Shown piece by piece: positions 49,519 through 59,405 of a stretch of 64,000 nt of DNA. A model generated the notes under the pieces. That model was not told the origin of the DNA and searched no databases. It was given only the letters and a program-made list of their open reading frames with translations. Position 1 is the stretch's first letter. Each line of letters starts with the position of its first letter. The position numbers were made by a program, and so were the translations under genes. Source of the stretch: an uncultured beta proteobacterium (lineage in GTDB: Bacteria; Pseudomonadota; Gammaproteobacteria; Burkholderiales; SG8-41); the NCBI GenBank assembly GCA_903885665.1, contig CAISJL010000013.1:4689-68688 (forward strand). Reading direction: 5' to 3'.

Positions 49519-49538
49519 ACATTATAAGCATTTAAAAA

Positions 49539-50171
49539 TTAAGCATTCAAAACACGGCACATACTATAGAGCATACCTGCTGTGGCACCCCAGATATATC
49601 GTCCCGCATAGGGGATTGCTAAATAGTGACGATGGCGACCACGGAAATGATAATCGCGACGCTGATAATGTGCCGGATTTAAAAAATGCAATAAAGGCGC
49701 TTCAAACACATTGGCTACTTCGGACGGGTTCGGAGTTAAATCAAACGGCGGCTCTAGCCAACCCACTACTGGGGTAACCCGAAATCCTGAAGGAATCTCA
49801 TAGCTTGGTAGCCGTCCCAACACGGTCACATGACGCGCAGACACACCCACTTCTTCTTCCATTTCACGCAAGGCTGTAGTTTCTCGATCAGGATCAGTCG
49901 GCTCGACGCGGCCACCAGGAAAACTCACCTGACCAGCGTGATCTCGCAAATGTCCGCTGCGTTGAGTTAACAGTATTTGCACGCCATGATCGCGATTCAC
50001 CAAAGGCACTAACACTGCCGCATGACGAATCACCGCAGTTGGGGGCAATACTGCAACATGACGGTCGCCATCTACATCGGGCAGTGGCTGGTGCTGCAAG
50101 CTGATACGAATCGCCTCAGGTGTGAGCGGTAACTGTAGCGGTAAATTTTTGGGTAAATGCGGTGCGGACAT
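49539..50171 (-). CDS. CoA pyrophosphatase (Nudix, NudL-like)
   Basis: LLTQRS..LR.HAGQVSFPGG, ALREMEEEVG, IWGATA. Confidence 0.92.
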   Translation of the reverse strand: MSAPHLPKNLPLQLPLTPEAIRISLQHQPLPDVDGDRHVAVLPPTAVIRHAAVLVPLVNRDHGVQILLTQRSGHLRDHAGQVSFPGGRVEPTDPDRETTALREMEEEVGVSARHVTVLGRLPSYEIPSGFRVTPVVGWLEPPFDLTPNPSEVANVFEAPLLHFLNPAHYQRRDYHFRGRHRHYLAIPYAGRYIWGATAGMLYSMCRVLNA

Positions 50172-50218
50172 GCATGGGTCTCGATACTGAGATTGACAAA
50201 GCCAGTCACGGCACGATT

Positions 50219-50737
50219 CTAAATCAATTGCGGCGTTGGTAAGGCATAGGCCACGACATCTCCGAGCGCGATCTCTCCACCGACAACTACTCGCGCCACA
50301 ATACCACCATGACCGACCATGGCATTATAACCACCCGCACCCAGTGCAGCCTCCATGCGTGCGCAAGGCTCACATAGCCCCGTGCCTTCAAACAATACCG
50401 AACCAATGGTGAAGCGGGCTTGCGCCAAGGCCAACAGATTAATACCGCTGACCATCAAATTACGGCGCATCAGTGTTGGCGATAACGCTGTGTGCGCCAT
50501 CAAGGCACTGACTATCGGCCAATGCTCAAACTGAAACAAACTAACTTGGCGCAGACTACCAGAGCGCTGCGCGGCGTGATCACCCACCAAGCCTCGCCCA
50601 GTCTCCACCCGCACCTGTGACACACTAGAAACTGCTGCTCTACGCTCAGAACGCAGACCAATCCAACGCAACTGTCCCGCCCGCGGAAACACCTGTTGCA
50701 ATTGCTGTATAGATTGAGCGATCACGGGCGCAGTCAT
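50219..50737 (-). CDS. MOSC domain-containing protein
   Basis: GLVGDH, RQVSL, RRNL.VSGINL, CEPCARM, GHGGI.A.V. Confidence 0.88.
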   Translation of the reverse strand: MTAPVIAQSIQQLQQVFPRAGQLRWIGLRSERRAAVSSVSQVRVETGRGLVGDHAAQRSGSLRQVSLFQFEHWPIVSALMAHTALSPTLMRRNLMVSGINLLALAQARFTIGSVLFEGTGLCEPCARMEAALGAGGYNAMVGHGGIVARVVVGGEIALGDVVAYALPTPQLI

Positions 50738-50746
50738 CGCATACGA

Positions 50747-52174
50747 CTATTTACGCCGGATAGTGCGGGCTGGCTTAATCTTAATGCCTACCATATCCTC
50801 TGGCCGCACCCATAGTTCAAACTGCTGATCAGTCACAAAGCCTAAGGCAATCGCAGAGGCCTTCAAGGTCAAGCCTTTCTTATGTGCATTCTTAGCAATT
50901 TGTGCAGCTTTGGCATAGCCAATATGCGGGTTCAAGGCAGTCACCAGCATTAAGGAGTCATTGGTGAGTTGAGCGATCCGTTCACGATTAGGCTCAATAC
51001 CTTGGGCACAGTGCTCATCAAAATTCTCACAGGCGTGCGCCAGTAAATGTACGCTATGCAAGAAGTTACGAATCACCATCGGCCGAAATACATTGAGCTC
51101 AAAGTTACCCATAGATCCACCCAAATTAATGGCCACATCATTACCCATCACTTGGCAACACGCCATAGTCATCGACTCTGATTGGGTTGGATTCACCTTG
51201 CCAGGCATAATAGAGGAGCCAGGCTCATTCTCAGGAATGCTCAACTCACCAATACCACAGCGTGGGCCACTCGATAGCCAACGCACATCGTTGGCCATCT
51301 TCATCAAAGCCGCAGCAAGCGTTTTCAAGGAGCCATGGGCATGTACAACAGCATCGCAAGCGGCGAGCGCTTCAAACTTATTGGGCGCTGTTACGAATGG
51401 CAAACCAGTTAATTTTTTAAGTTGTGCAGCCACGTCTTTGGCAAATTTAGGGTGTGCATTCAAACCGGTACCTACCGCAGTGCCGCCCAGGGCTAGTTCT
51501 GATAAATGCGGCAAGGCATTATTAATATGGGTCAAGCTATGATCGAGCTGTGCAACATAGCCGGAAAATTCTTGGCCCAAGGTCAAAGGCGTTGCATCTT
51601 GCAAATGGGTGCGGCCAATTTTTACGATCGACATAAACGCCCGCGATTTTTTATCAAGGGTGCGACGTAATTTTTTGAGTGCCGGTTTTAATTGTTGCTC
51701 AAGCGCAATGACCGCGGCAACGTGCATCGCAGTTGGGAATGTGTCATTAGAAGACTGGCCCTTGTTCACATCATCGTTCTCATGCACCAAGCGCTGCGCA
51801 CCGCGCCGCCCACCCAAAATCTCGGAAGCACGATTGGCCAACACTTCGTTCACATTCATATTAGTCTGCGTACCCGAACCCGTCTGCCAGACTACCAAGG
51901 GGAAATGCTGATCCCACTGTCCAGTGAGCGCCTCATCAGCAGCGGCAACAATTGCTTTGCCTTTCTTTTTGTCTAACATGCCTAAGGCCATATTAGTCAG
52001 TGCAGCTGCTTTCTTCACCATCACCTGAGCGTGCACTACCGGCATCGGCATGGTCTCGCCAGGAAAATGGAAGTGATGCAAGCTACGCTGTGTCTGTGCA
52101 CCCCACAACATATTGCTCGGAACTTCAATGTCACCCATGGTGTCTTGCTCAATGCGAAAGTTTTTCATAGTCAT
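50747..52174 (-). CDS. fumC: Class II fumarate hydratase
   Basis: [39 protein letters not shown]. Confidence 0.97.
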   Translation of the reverse strand: MTMKNFRIEQDTMGDIEVPSNMLWGAQTQRSLHHFHFPGETMPMPVVHAQVMVKKAAALTNMALGMLDKKKGKAIVAAADEALTGQWDQHFPLVVWQTGSGTQTNMNVNEVLANRASEILGGRRGAQRLVHENDDVNKGQSSNDTFPTAMHVAAVIALEQQLKPALKKLRRTLDKKSRAFMSIVKIGRTHLQDATPLTLGQEFSGYVAQLDHSLTHINNALPHLSELALGGTAVGTGLNAHPKFAKDVAAQLKKLTGLPFVTAPNKFEALAACDAVVHAHGSLKTLAAALMKMANDVRWLSSGPRCGIGELSIPENEPGSSIMPGKVNPTQSESMTMACCQVMGNDVAINLGGSMGNFELNVFRPMVIRNFLHSVHLLAHACENFDEHCAQGIEPNRERIAQLTNDSLMLVTALNPHIGYAKAAQIAKNAHKKGLTLKASAIALGFVTDQQFELWVRPEDMVGIKIKPARTIRRK

Positions 52175-52200
52175 ATCGTATTATTGAAAATTACAGTGGA

Positions 52201-52225
52201 TTAAATTAAATTAAATTAAATTAAA
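52201..52225. repeat. (TTAAA)5 microsatellite upstream of fumC
   Basis: TTAAATTAAATTAAATTAAATTAAA. Confidence 0.85.
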
Positions 52226-52311
52226 AAATATACAACATTAAAAAGATCTCTACATCATCACTACTCAACAATGCCACAGCTCAACCATTAGCGTTAGTAT
52301 TTTTACCATGA

Positions 52312-52371
52312 TTAAGCTTACCATCCTTAAGCTCACTACACTGTAGCACGCCACACTTAAGCATTAACCCC
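52312..52371. repeat. Degenerate 15-bp tandem repeat x4 spanning the maeB stop
   Basis: TTAAGCTTACCATCC / TTAAGCTCACTACAC / TGTAGCACGCCACAC / TTAAGCATTAACCCC. Confidence 0.6.
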
Positions 52372-54666
52372 AAACAAAGGGCGCTGCTCACCGCGCAATG
52401 CATTCGCATCTGCCACTGTCAGCGCCGTCAAATTCACCACACGTCGGACAGTCGCACTAATCGTTAATATATGCACTGGCTTTGCAGCACCCAGCAATAT
52501 CGGCCCTACGGTAATGCCATCACCTGCGGCAGTTTTAAGTAAGTTAAATGAAATGTTTGCCGCATCTAAGTTTGGCATCACTAACAAATTAGCCTGTCCG
52601 CGCAGCGTCGAATTAGGAAACACTTTAGCCCGAATCTCGGCAGACAATGCGGCATCGCCATGCATCTCGCCGTCAATTTCCAAATGCGGCGCACGTGCAG
52701 CAATCAAAGCGCGGGCATTGCGCATCTTATCGACAGAAGCGCCCTCACCAGAACCAAAATTAGAATGCGACAACAAGGCAACCTTAGGCACAATACCAAA
52801 GCGACTGATCTCCTCTGCAGCCAATAGGGTTGACTCCGCAATCTGCTCGGCATCGGGATCAGGATTAACATAGGTGTCACAAATAAAGACGGTACGCCCT
52901 GGTAGCATCAGCATATTCATCGCAGCAAAATGTCGCACACCAGCACGCTTACCAATCACCAAATCAATATAGTGCAAATGGCTGCTATAGCCGCCCAACA
53001 AGCCGCACAACATCCCATCAGCAGCGCCCATTCGCACTAACATTCCGCCAATCAGCGTTGGGCGCAAATGCATATCGGATTTAGCAATCTCTGGGGTGAC
53101 GCCACGCCGCTCGCCTAGACGCTGATACTCGGTCCAATACTCTTTGTAGCGCGGATCATCGCTCGGATCAACTAACTCATAATGCTCACCGCGCTTTAAG
53201 CGTAAGCCTAAACGCTCAACCCGCATCTCAATGACTTCAGGTCGACCAATCAGAATCGGCCGCACAATGCCCTCATCCACCGCGACTTTCACAGCGCGCA
53301 ATACGACCTCCTGCTCGCCCTCAGCGTAGACTACGCGCTTCGGTGACTTTTTAGCCACAGCCATCACTGGCTTCATCATCAACCCGGAATGGTAGACCAC
53401 AGCGTTAAGACGCTGTGTATACGCATCAAAATCAACAATCGGTCGGGTCGCAACACCGCTTTGCATGGCAGCGCGGGCCACAGCGGGCGCTACCATGCTA
53501 ATCAGGCGGGGGTCAAAGGGTCGGGGTATTAAATAATCGGGGCCAAATTTTAAATCTTCCTCACCATATGCGGCGGTAACGACCTCAGATTGCTCGGACT
53601 GGGCCAAGGCGGCAATCGCGTTGACTGCAGCGATTTCCATATCGCGATTAATGGTGGTCGCTCCCACATCCAAAGCGCCGCGAAATATGAATGGAAAGCA
53701 CAGCACATTATTGACTTGATTGGGGTAGTCCGAACGCCCAGTTGCAATGACCGCATCAGGCCGCACAGCTTTGACTAACTCTGGCAATATTTCTGGCTCA
53801 GGATTAGCCAAGGCCAAAATCAATGGTCGAGGCGCCATTTGCAACAACATCTCTTGCTTCAACACTTTGCCCGCTGACAATCCCAAAAACGCATCTGCAC
53901 CCGCCATCACCTCGCTTAAATGTCGAGCCGGGGTATCAATTGCATAACGCGCTTTTTCAGTGTCCATCTCCTCGGTGCGCCCTTGATAGACAACACCGAT
54001 AATATCGGTGACGGTGATATGCTCTTTCTTGAGACCCAAAGATACTAACAAATCCAGACAAGCAAGCGCTGCGGCACCAGCGCCCGACACTACTAATTTA
54101 ATATCTTCGATCTTCTTACCAACCACTTTTAAACCGTTGGTAAATGCAGCACTGACAATAATCGCGGTACCATGCTGATCATCATGAAACACGGGAATCT
54201 TGCAGCGCTTACGTAACTCGCGCTCTACAATAAAGCACTCGGGCGCTTTAATATCTTCTAAGTTGATACCGCCAAATGTCGGCTCAAGCGCGGCAATAAT
54301 ATCAACTAATTTATGGGGATCACGTTCGTTGATTTCGATATCAAACACATCAATACCAGCGAACTTCTTAAATAAAACCGCTTTACCTTCCATCACTGGC
54401 TTGGCGGCAAGCGGCCCAATGCTACCCAAACCCAATACCGCTGTACCGTTAGTGATGACCGCCACCAAATTGCCGCGCGCGGTGTAATCACTAGCGGAAC
54501 TAGGGTTGGCTACAATCTCCTCACAGACTTTAGCAACTCCAGGGGTATAGGCCAGGGCCAAATCCCGTTGATTGACTAGCCCTTTGGTAGGGGTCACCGA
54601 GATCTTACCCGGCGAAGGAAACTGGTGATATTCAAGCGCTGCCTTGCGCAACTGATCTTCTTGCAT
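52357..54666 (-). CDS. maeB: NADP-dependent malic enzyme with phosphotransacetylase-like domain
   Basis: [34 protein letters not shown]; C-terminal PTA-like domain ([10 protein letters not shown]). Confidence 0.96.
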   Translation of the reverse strand: MQEDQLRKAALEYHQFPSPGKISVTPTKGLVNQRDLALAYTPGVAKVCEEIVANPSSASDYTARGNLVAVITNGTAVLGLGSIGPLAAKPVMEGKAVLFKKFAGIDVFDIEINERDPHKLVDIIAALEPTFGGINLEDIKAPECFIVERELRKRCKIPVFHDDQHGTAIIVSAAFTNGLKVVGKKIEDIKLVVSGAGAAALACLDLLVSLGLKKEHITVTDIIGVVYQGRTEEMDTEKARYAIDTPARHLSEVMAGADAFLGLSAGKVLKQEMLLQMAPRPLILALANPEPEILPELVKAVRPDAVIATGRSDYPNQVNNVLCFPFIFRGALDVGATTINRDMEIAAVNAIAALAQSEQSEVVTAAYGEEDLKFGPDYLIPRPFDPRLISMVAPAVARAAMQSGVATRPIVDFDAYTQRLNAVVYHSGLMMKPVMAVAKKSPKRVVYAEGEQEVVLRAVKVAVDEGIVRPILIGRPEVIEMRVERLGLRLKRGEHYELVDPSDDPRYKEYWTEYQRLGERRGVTPEIAKSDMHLRPTLIGGMLVRMGAADGMLCGLLGGYSSHLHYIDLVIGKRAGVRHFAAMNMLMLPGRTVFICDTYVNPDPDAEQIAESTLLAAEEISRFGIVPKVALLSHSNFGSGEGASVDKMRNARALIAARAPHLEIDGEMHGDAALSAEIRAKVFPNSTLRGQANLLVMPNLDAANISFNLLKTAAGDGITVGPILLGAAKPVHILTISATVRRVVNLTALTVADANALRGEQRPLFGVNA

Positions 54667-55066
54667 GATGCGGATTACTTTCTAAAAAACGCTGATCATC
54701 ATCGATCAACTGAAATTGCTCGTCATACGGACTGTCATTATAGCGTAGCTAGCCCCCTCCAAATTTCAACATCGGGGTATTCAGCCCAACATTTGACTGC
54801 CTGCGATATGTTAAAGTCTAAGGAAGTAAACAGAGCACCAGCACCCCCATCAACCGAATGTCGCAATTTAACATAACTACTTAAACTGTATATAGAAGCC
54901 CCCTAACCAACTCCTTCACTTACTTTTTCATCTCTTTTTAACTCCAGTGACAATCTGTGACCAGCCTTATATACACAGATATACACAGATCCTCAGATTT
55001 CCATTGGACTTAATCATTTCATACGCAACGACTTTCCCAACACTAATCTATCTAGCGTAACTCACG

Positions 55067-56023
55067 ATGACCACGCATACACTCTACCCTGAAATCTCTG
55101 CTTATCAGTCAGGCATGCTGGCTCTAGACCACGGCCATACCTTGTATTACGAAGAAAGCGGTAACCCCAATGGCGCGCCAGTGCTATTTCTGCATGGCGG
55201 TCCCGGTGCAGGTGCAACCACTGGACATCGGCGCTTTTTTGATCCCCAACACTATCGCATTATCATTTTCGATCAGCGCGGCGCGGGTCGCTCCACGCCC
55301 TTAGGCGGCCTCGAGGCCAATACCACACCGATTCTTATTGCTGATATCGAATTATTACGCCAGCACTTGGGGGTTTCACGCTGGTTAGTATTTGGCGGCT
55401 CTTGGGGCAGCACCTTAGCCTTGGCTTACGCCGAGGCTCATCCCCACCGCTGTCACGGCTTAATACTGCGCGGCATCTTTTTATGCCGCGATTCTGAGAT
55501 TCAGTGGTTTTTATACGGTCTACGCCATTTATTTCCAGAGGCTTGGGATACATTTGTCGCGCCGATTCCTGAAGCCGAGCGCCACGACTTACTCAACGCC
55601 TACCACCGGCGGCTGACCGACCCTGACCCCGCCATTCATCTTCCAGCCGCTCGCACTTGGAGCGCTTACGAAGGCGCTTGCTCAACGCTACTGCCCGACC
55701 CCGAAACGGTTGGTCATTTTGCCAGCGATGGCGTGGCACTGGGCCTGGCCCGAATCGAGGCCCACTACTTCCGCAATCAAATCTTTCTACCAGAAAACGC
55801 GCTACTCGATAACATCCAGCGCATCCGTCATCTACCAGCCATTATTGTTCAAGGCCGCTACGATGCTGTGTGCCCGATTGTCTCAGCAGACGACTTACGC
55901 AAAGCTTGGCCCGAGGCCGAATATGTCATCATTCCGGACGCTGGACATTCTGCCTGGGAGCCAGGGATTACCGCCGCTTTAGTACGCGCCACCGAATACT
56001 TTAAAACTATCACTCAACGCTAA
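55067..56023 (+). CDS. pip: Prolyl aminopeptidase
   Basis: LHGGPG, FDQRG.GRS.P, FGGSWGSTL, QGRYD, AGHS. Confidence 0.95.
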   Translation: MTTHTLYPEISAYQSGMLALDHGHTLYYEESGNPNGAPVLFLHGGPGAGATTGHRRFFDPQHYRIIIFDQRGAGRSTPLGGLEANTTPILIADIELLRQHLGVSRWLVFGGSWGSTLALAYAEAHPHRCHGLILRGIFLCRDSEIQWFLYGLRHLFPEAWDTFVAPIPEAERHDLLNAYHRRLTDPDPAIHLPAARTWSAYEGACSTLLPDPETVGHFASDGVALGLARIEAHYFRNQIFLPENALLDNIQRIRHLPAIIVQGRYDAVCPIVSADDLRKAWPEAEYVIIPDAGHSAWEPGITAALVRATEYFKTITQR

Positions 56024-56128
56024 CGCCTAATGACGAGTCACTGATGCTAATGACTTCTTGCTAAACGATTAACCCCTACACTATTTTTAACACCTAAACT
56101 GTTTAACCCTAGAACTCAGGAGACCACT

Positions 56129-57043
56129 TTGAAACTCGTCACTTACTGCCCCACCAAACGTAGCCCATCCGCCATTGGCGTCATTGCCGCCGACGGCAGT
56201 ATTATTGATTTAGCAACAGCCGCTAAAAAATCTCGTACCAAATTGAGCTTTGATGCACACGATATGTTGAGCCTGATTAGCGCCGGACGCAGCGGCCTCA
56301 CATTGGTCAAAGCCGCAACTGCCCGCTGTACCACCGGCCACTACGATGCGGCTAAGGTCACCTTACTCGCACCAATTCCACGGCCACGCAAAAATGTATT
56401 CTGCGTGGGTTGGAATTACCTAGAGCACTTCAACGAAGGGGCTAAAGCCCGCCCCCATGTCCAAGAAATGCCCCTGCATCCGGCATTTTTTAGTAAAGCG
56501 CCAACCACGGTTAACGCACCATATGGCGCAGTGCCCTTGCATGCTGCAGTGACCGAAAAACTAGACTGGGAAGTCGAGCTCGGTGTGGTCATCGGCAAAG
56601 GTGGACGCAATATCACTGAAGCGGCAGCAATGAAACATATCTACGGCTATATGACAGTGAATGATGTCTCGGCACGGGAAGTTCAGCGACAACACGGCCA
56701 GCAATGGTTCAAAGGTAAAAGTCTAGATGGCCACTGCCCAATGGGGCCTTGGCTGACCACTGCTGATGCGGTGAAAACGCCACAAAATCTACGTATCACC
56801 TGTAAGGTCAATGGTGTGGTCAAACAGGATTCGAATACCAGCTTTATGTATTTCAAAATCCCCCGCATTATTGCCGAACTGTCTGCTGGCCTGAGCTTAG
56901 AGCCAGGAGATATCATCCTTACTGGTACGCCTGCCGGTGTTGGTCATGCCCGCAACCCACCCGAATTCATGCATGCCGGCGACCTGCTAGAGACTGAAGT
57001 CGAAGGTTTGGGTGTATTACGTAATCGAATTGCCAAGCAATAA
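56129..57043 (+). CDS. Fumarylacetoacetate hydrolase family protein
   Basis: VGWNY..H, F.K, LDWEVEL, NDVSAR, GKSLD, GDIILTGTP.G; TTG start with AGGAG RBS. Confidence 0.92.
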   Translation: MKLVTYCPTKRSPSAIGVIAADGSIIDLATAAKKSRTKLSFDAHDMLSLISAGRSGLTLVKAATARCTTGHYDAAKVTLLAPIPRPRKNVFCVGWNYLEHFNEGAKARPHVQEMPLHPAFFSKAPTTVNAPYGAVPLHAAVTEKLDWEVELGVVIGKGGRNITEAAAMKHIYGYMTVNDVSAREVQRQHGQQWFKGKSLDGHCPMGPWLTTADAVKTPQNLRITCKVNGVVKQDSNTSFMYFKIPRIIAELSAGLSLEPGDIILTGTPAGVGHARNPPEFMHAGDLLETEVEGLGVLRNRIAKQ

Positions 57044-57214
57044 GCAGGGTCTTGTTCTCGAGAGATTGCTCTGGGGTAATTGCTGGGGGTTGCATCGACA
57101 GACTCCCAGCAACCTGTATGTCGAGCGCCCACTTCCCCACGCTCAAATTCAAACGCTGGCATTAAAAGCCAGCATTAAAAATAAATGTCTGATTTAAAAA
57201 GAATTTTTAATGCG

Positions 57215-57469
57215 TTAGGTCGGTTTTTTGTTACCTGCCTGCAAGGCCTCTAGTCCAGCACGTTGGACCTCTAGCGTCTTTAAGGTCATCTGCACCATAC
57301 TCGTACTCATCAATAACCAAGCCTCTACCGCCTTTAATTCGGTAATTTTCTTCTCTATGGCCGCCAAATCAACCGTGGGGGGAACCATCCCAGGAGCGGT
57401 AAAGCCCATGGGATTCCACATATTTTGCATAAATTCGAAGAAATCCGCCGATCCCTTTTGCTCGCTCAT
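57215..57469 (-). CDS. phaM: PhaM family PHA-granule protein, N-terminal domain only
   Basis: FEFMQNMW...P..D...IEKKITELKAVEAWL.......LEVQRA.L..L matches the PhaM core. Confidence 0.75.
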   Translation of the reverse strand: MSEQKGSADFFEFMQNMWNPMGFTAPGMVPPTVDLAAIEKKITELKAVEAWLLMSTSMVQMTLKTLEVQRAGLEALQAGNKKPT

Positions 57470-57499
57470 GGGAAACCCTTACGCTAGTAAAACCTCATA

Positions 57500-58243
57500 C
57501 TACAAGGCTTGACCATCTTGCGCTAGCACCGTGGATTGATGTGCTGTGGTTGCACGGAGTTGGGGTTGAGCTTGATGGAGTGCAGATTCTAAGCGCTGCT
57601 TCTCGCTCATGACTTTCTGAGTATAGGCATCAGACTGATCGGCCACTGCGCCTGCGTAGGATTGCAGCGCGCTGGTCATGTCGCCAGTACGCAGCAAATA
57701 ACTCTTCAAAATCCGAATACCCACATGAATATTGGGTTCTGGGTCATAAATCGCCTGCTCGCCACCAAACTTCGAAAATTTAGCCAAATGAAATTGCGGA
57801 ATAATTTGCATCAAACCCTTGGCGCCCATCGGACTCTCTGCCAAAGGGTTAAAACGCGATTCAACCGCAATCATCGCCACCACCAATAACGGGTCTAGAC
57901 CAAATTGGCGAGCCTGAACATGGGCAATGCGCACCACATCCAAGGTGTCGCTCACGACTAAATTAAAACGCTTGGCCAAGGACTGGGCGAGCACGGCATA
58001 GCGCGTCTCTTCGGCGCTGGGCTTAACTACCACATCGGCAGCACCCGGAGCTTCAAGCGCCGCAGTAGTCAGCGCAGAATAAGCGCCTACCAACCAATCT
58101 ACCCGAATGGCGCTATGGCCAATAGACCGCGGGGCCAACAAGACGAACAAAGTTGCAGCAACTAAAGTTACTGTTAATACTGCTCGGCCCAACATTGAAA
58201 TCACGACTACTGAAGAATCTTCCGACATCGATTTTGCCAACAT
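57500..58243 (-). CDS. Lytic transglycosylase SLT domain protein
   Basis: LDPLLVVAMIAVESRFNP.AES..GAKGLMQ, DPEPNI..G, AL..Y; N-terminal transmembrane segment. ATG 58243 with AAGGAGG RBS. Confidence 0.9.
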   Translation of the reverse strand: MLAKSMSEDSSVVVISMLGRAVLTVTLVAATLFVLLAPRSIGHSAIRVDWLVGAYSALTTAALEAPGAADVVVKPSAEETRYAVLAQSLAKRFNLVVSDTLDVVRIAHVQARQFGLDPLLVVAMIAVESRFNPLAESPMGAKGLMQIIPQFHLAKFSKFGGEQAIYDPEPNIHVGIRILKSYLLRTGDMTSALQSYAGAVADQSDAYTQKVMSEKQRLESALHQAQPQLRATTAHQSTVLAQDGQAL

Positions 58244-58480
58244 ACGCAAAACCTCCTTAGGAATTTGCCGATCAAAGAACAAACCACCACAGCGGCTTGT
58301 TGATCGTGCCCGTGTTGCAGTGCGTGAGTGGTGCACGCAGCACTAAACACATCCACCCCATCACCAAAATGTCACGGAACATGTGATCAAGAATTTGAAT
58401 GCACAGTCATCCGGACTCGTCGACTACCACCTTACATTCACAATAGTACGCTACAGGTAGTAGTCGTCAAACAGTTAAAC
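58244..58480 (-). ncRNA. Candidate structured 5' leader RNA of the SLT gene
   Basis: Four hairpins between the predicted promoter and the ATG. Wobble pairs form only on the minus strand, and the last hairpin contains the RBS. Confidence 0.45.
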
Positions 58481-58487
58481 GCCGCGA

Positions 58488-58516
58488 ATTGTAGTCGTTA
58501 ATCCACGCTGCCGCAA
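58488..58516 (-). promoter_or_regulatory. Putative sigma70 promoter of the SLT gene
   Basis: TTGCGG-N17-TACAAT on the minus strand. Confidence 0.5.
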
Positions 58517-58767
58517 CCCTCGTCGTCACGCATACGCGCATATCGGTTGCCGCTCAATAACGATTGGGCCCTACTTCACAACCACCAGCCATCCGAATAT
58601 GACGCACTGAAAAAAATTAATTTATTCATATAATCAACTATTTATATAAAAATATACAGTTATGGCGCGTATAGCTCTGAGCGCTTTGAGCGACCGCTGG
58701 CTGAACATTGCAAGGGATGATGATGTGCACAACTAAATGGCCACAGCTGTGATAAATTCACACCCCT

Positions 58768-59370
58768 ATGGATGACATCGTACTCAAAGGTATGGCCAAA
58801 TGGCCAAACGTCCCCGCAGTATTTGGGTGGCTAGCACTCGACCGACGCGGCCAGTGGCGACTCAAAGGTGAGCGCATTACCAACCCAGCGATCTGCGCTT
58901 TTTTTGGCCGTAACTACGCGCACGATAGCGAAGGTTGTTGGTATTTACAAAACGGACCGCAACGCGTCTACGTCGAACTCGGTCTCACGCCTTATATCTG
59001 GCGGATCACTCCTGGGGAGTCGGCGCCGAGCATTCACGCGCATAGCGGCCTGACTTGCACTCAAATACACGACGCCTTTATTGATGATGCGGGCGACCTA
59101 CTATTAAATAGTGTGCACGGTATTGGCTTAGTACACGACGCCGATCTGCATGAACTCATGCCCTACTTCTCCGACGACCAAGGTCATCGCGGCGAGGCTG
59201 CCTTAAGCGCCCACCTAGACACCCTGACGGCGGGTGACCGCGCACCGCTGTGGCTAACACTCGCAGGCACGCCGGTAATGGTTGAGCCAATCCGTAGCGC
59301 GACATTGGCCCAACAATTTGGCTTCAACCCCAAACCGCGCCAATCTGACGGTGAGCCAGAATGCCAATAG
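58768..59370 (+). CDS. DUF2946 family protein
   Basis: MDDIV...MAKWPNVPA.FGWL.LDRRG.WRL...RNY..D..G.W..QNGPQRVYVEL..TP. Confidence 0.8.
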   Translation: MDDIVLKGMAKWPNVPAVFGWLALDRRGQWRLKGERITNPAICAFFGRNYAHDSEGCWYLQNGPQRVYVELGLTPYIWRITPGESAPSIHAHSGLTCTQIHDAFIDDAGDLLLNSVHGIGLVHDADLHELMPYFSDDQGHRGEAALSAHLDTLTAGDRAPLWLTLAGTPVMVEPIRSATLAQQFGFNPKPRQSDGEPECQ

Positions 59371-59405
59371 TCAATTAAATTATTGAAAATAAAGGATAAA
59401 TTAAT

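Noticed and set aside
51093-54487. Several 60-150 aa plus-strand ORFs opposite fumC and maeB (and similar short ORFs throughout the track)
   Set aside because: Antisense or alternate-frame shadows of conserved genes, with no recognisable motifs.
54866-54893. Chromosomal dif site
   Set aside because: Only the XerD arm matches; the XerC arm and central hexamer do not resemble dif.
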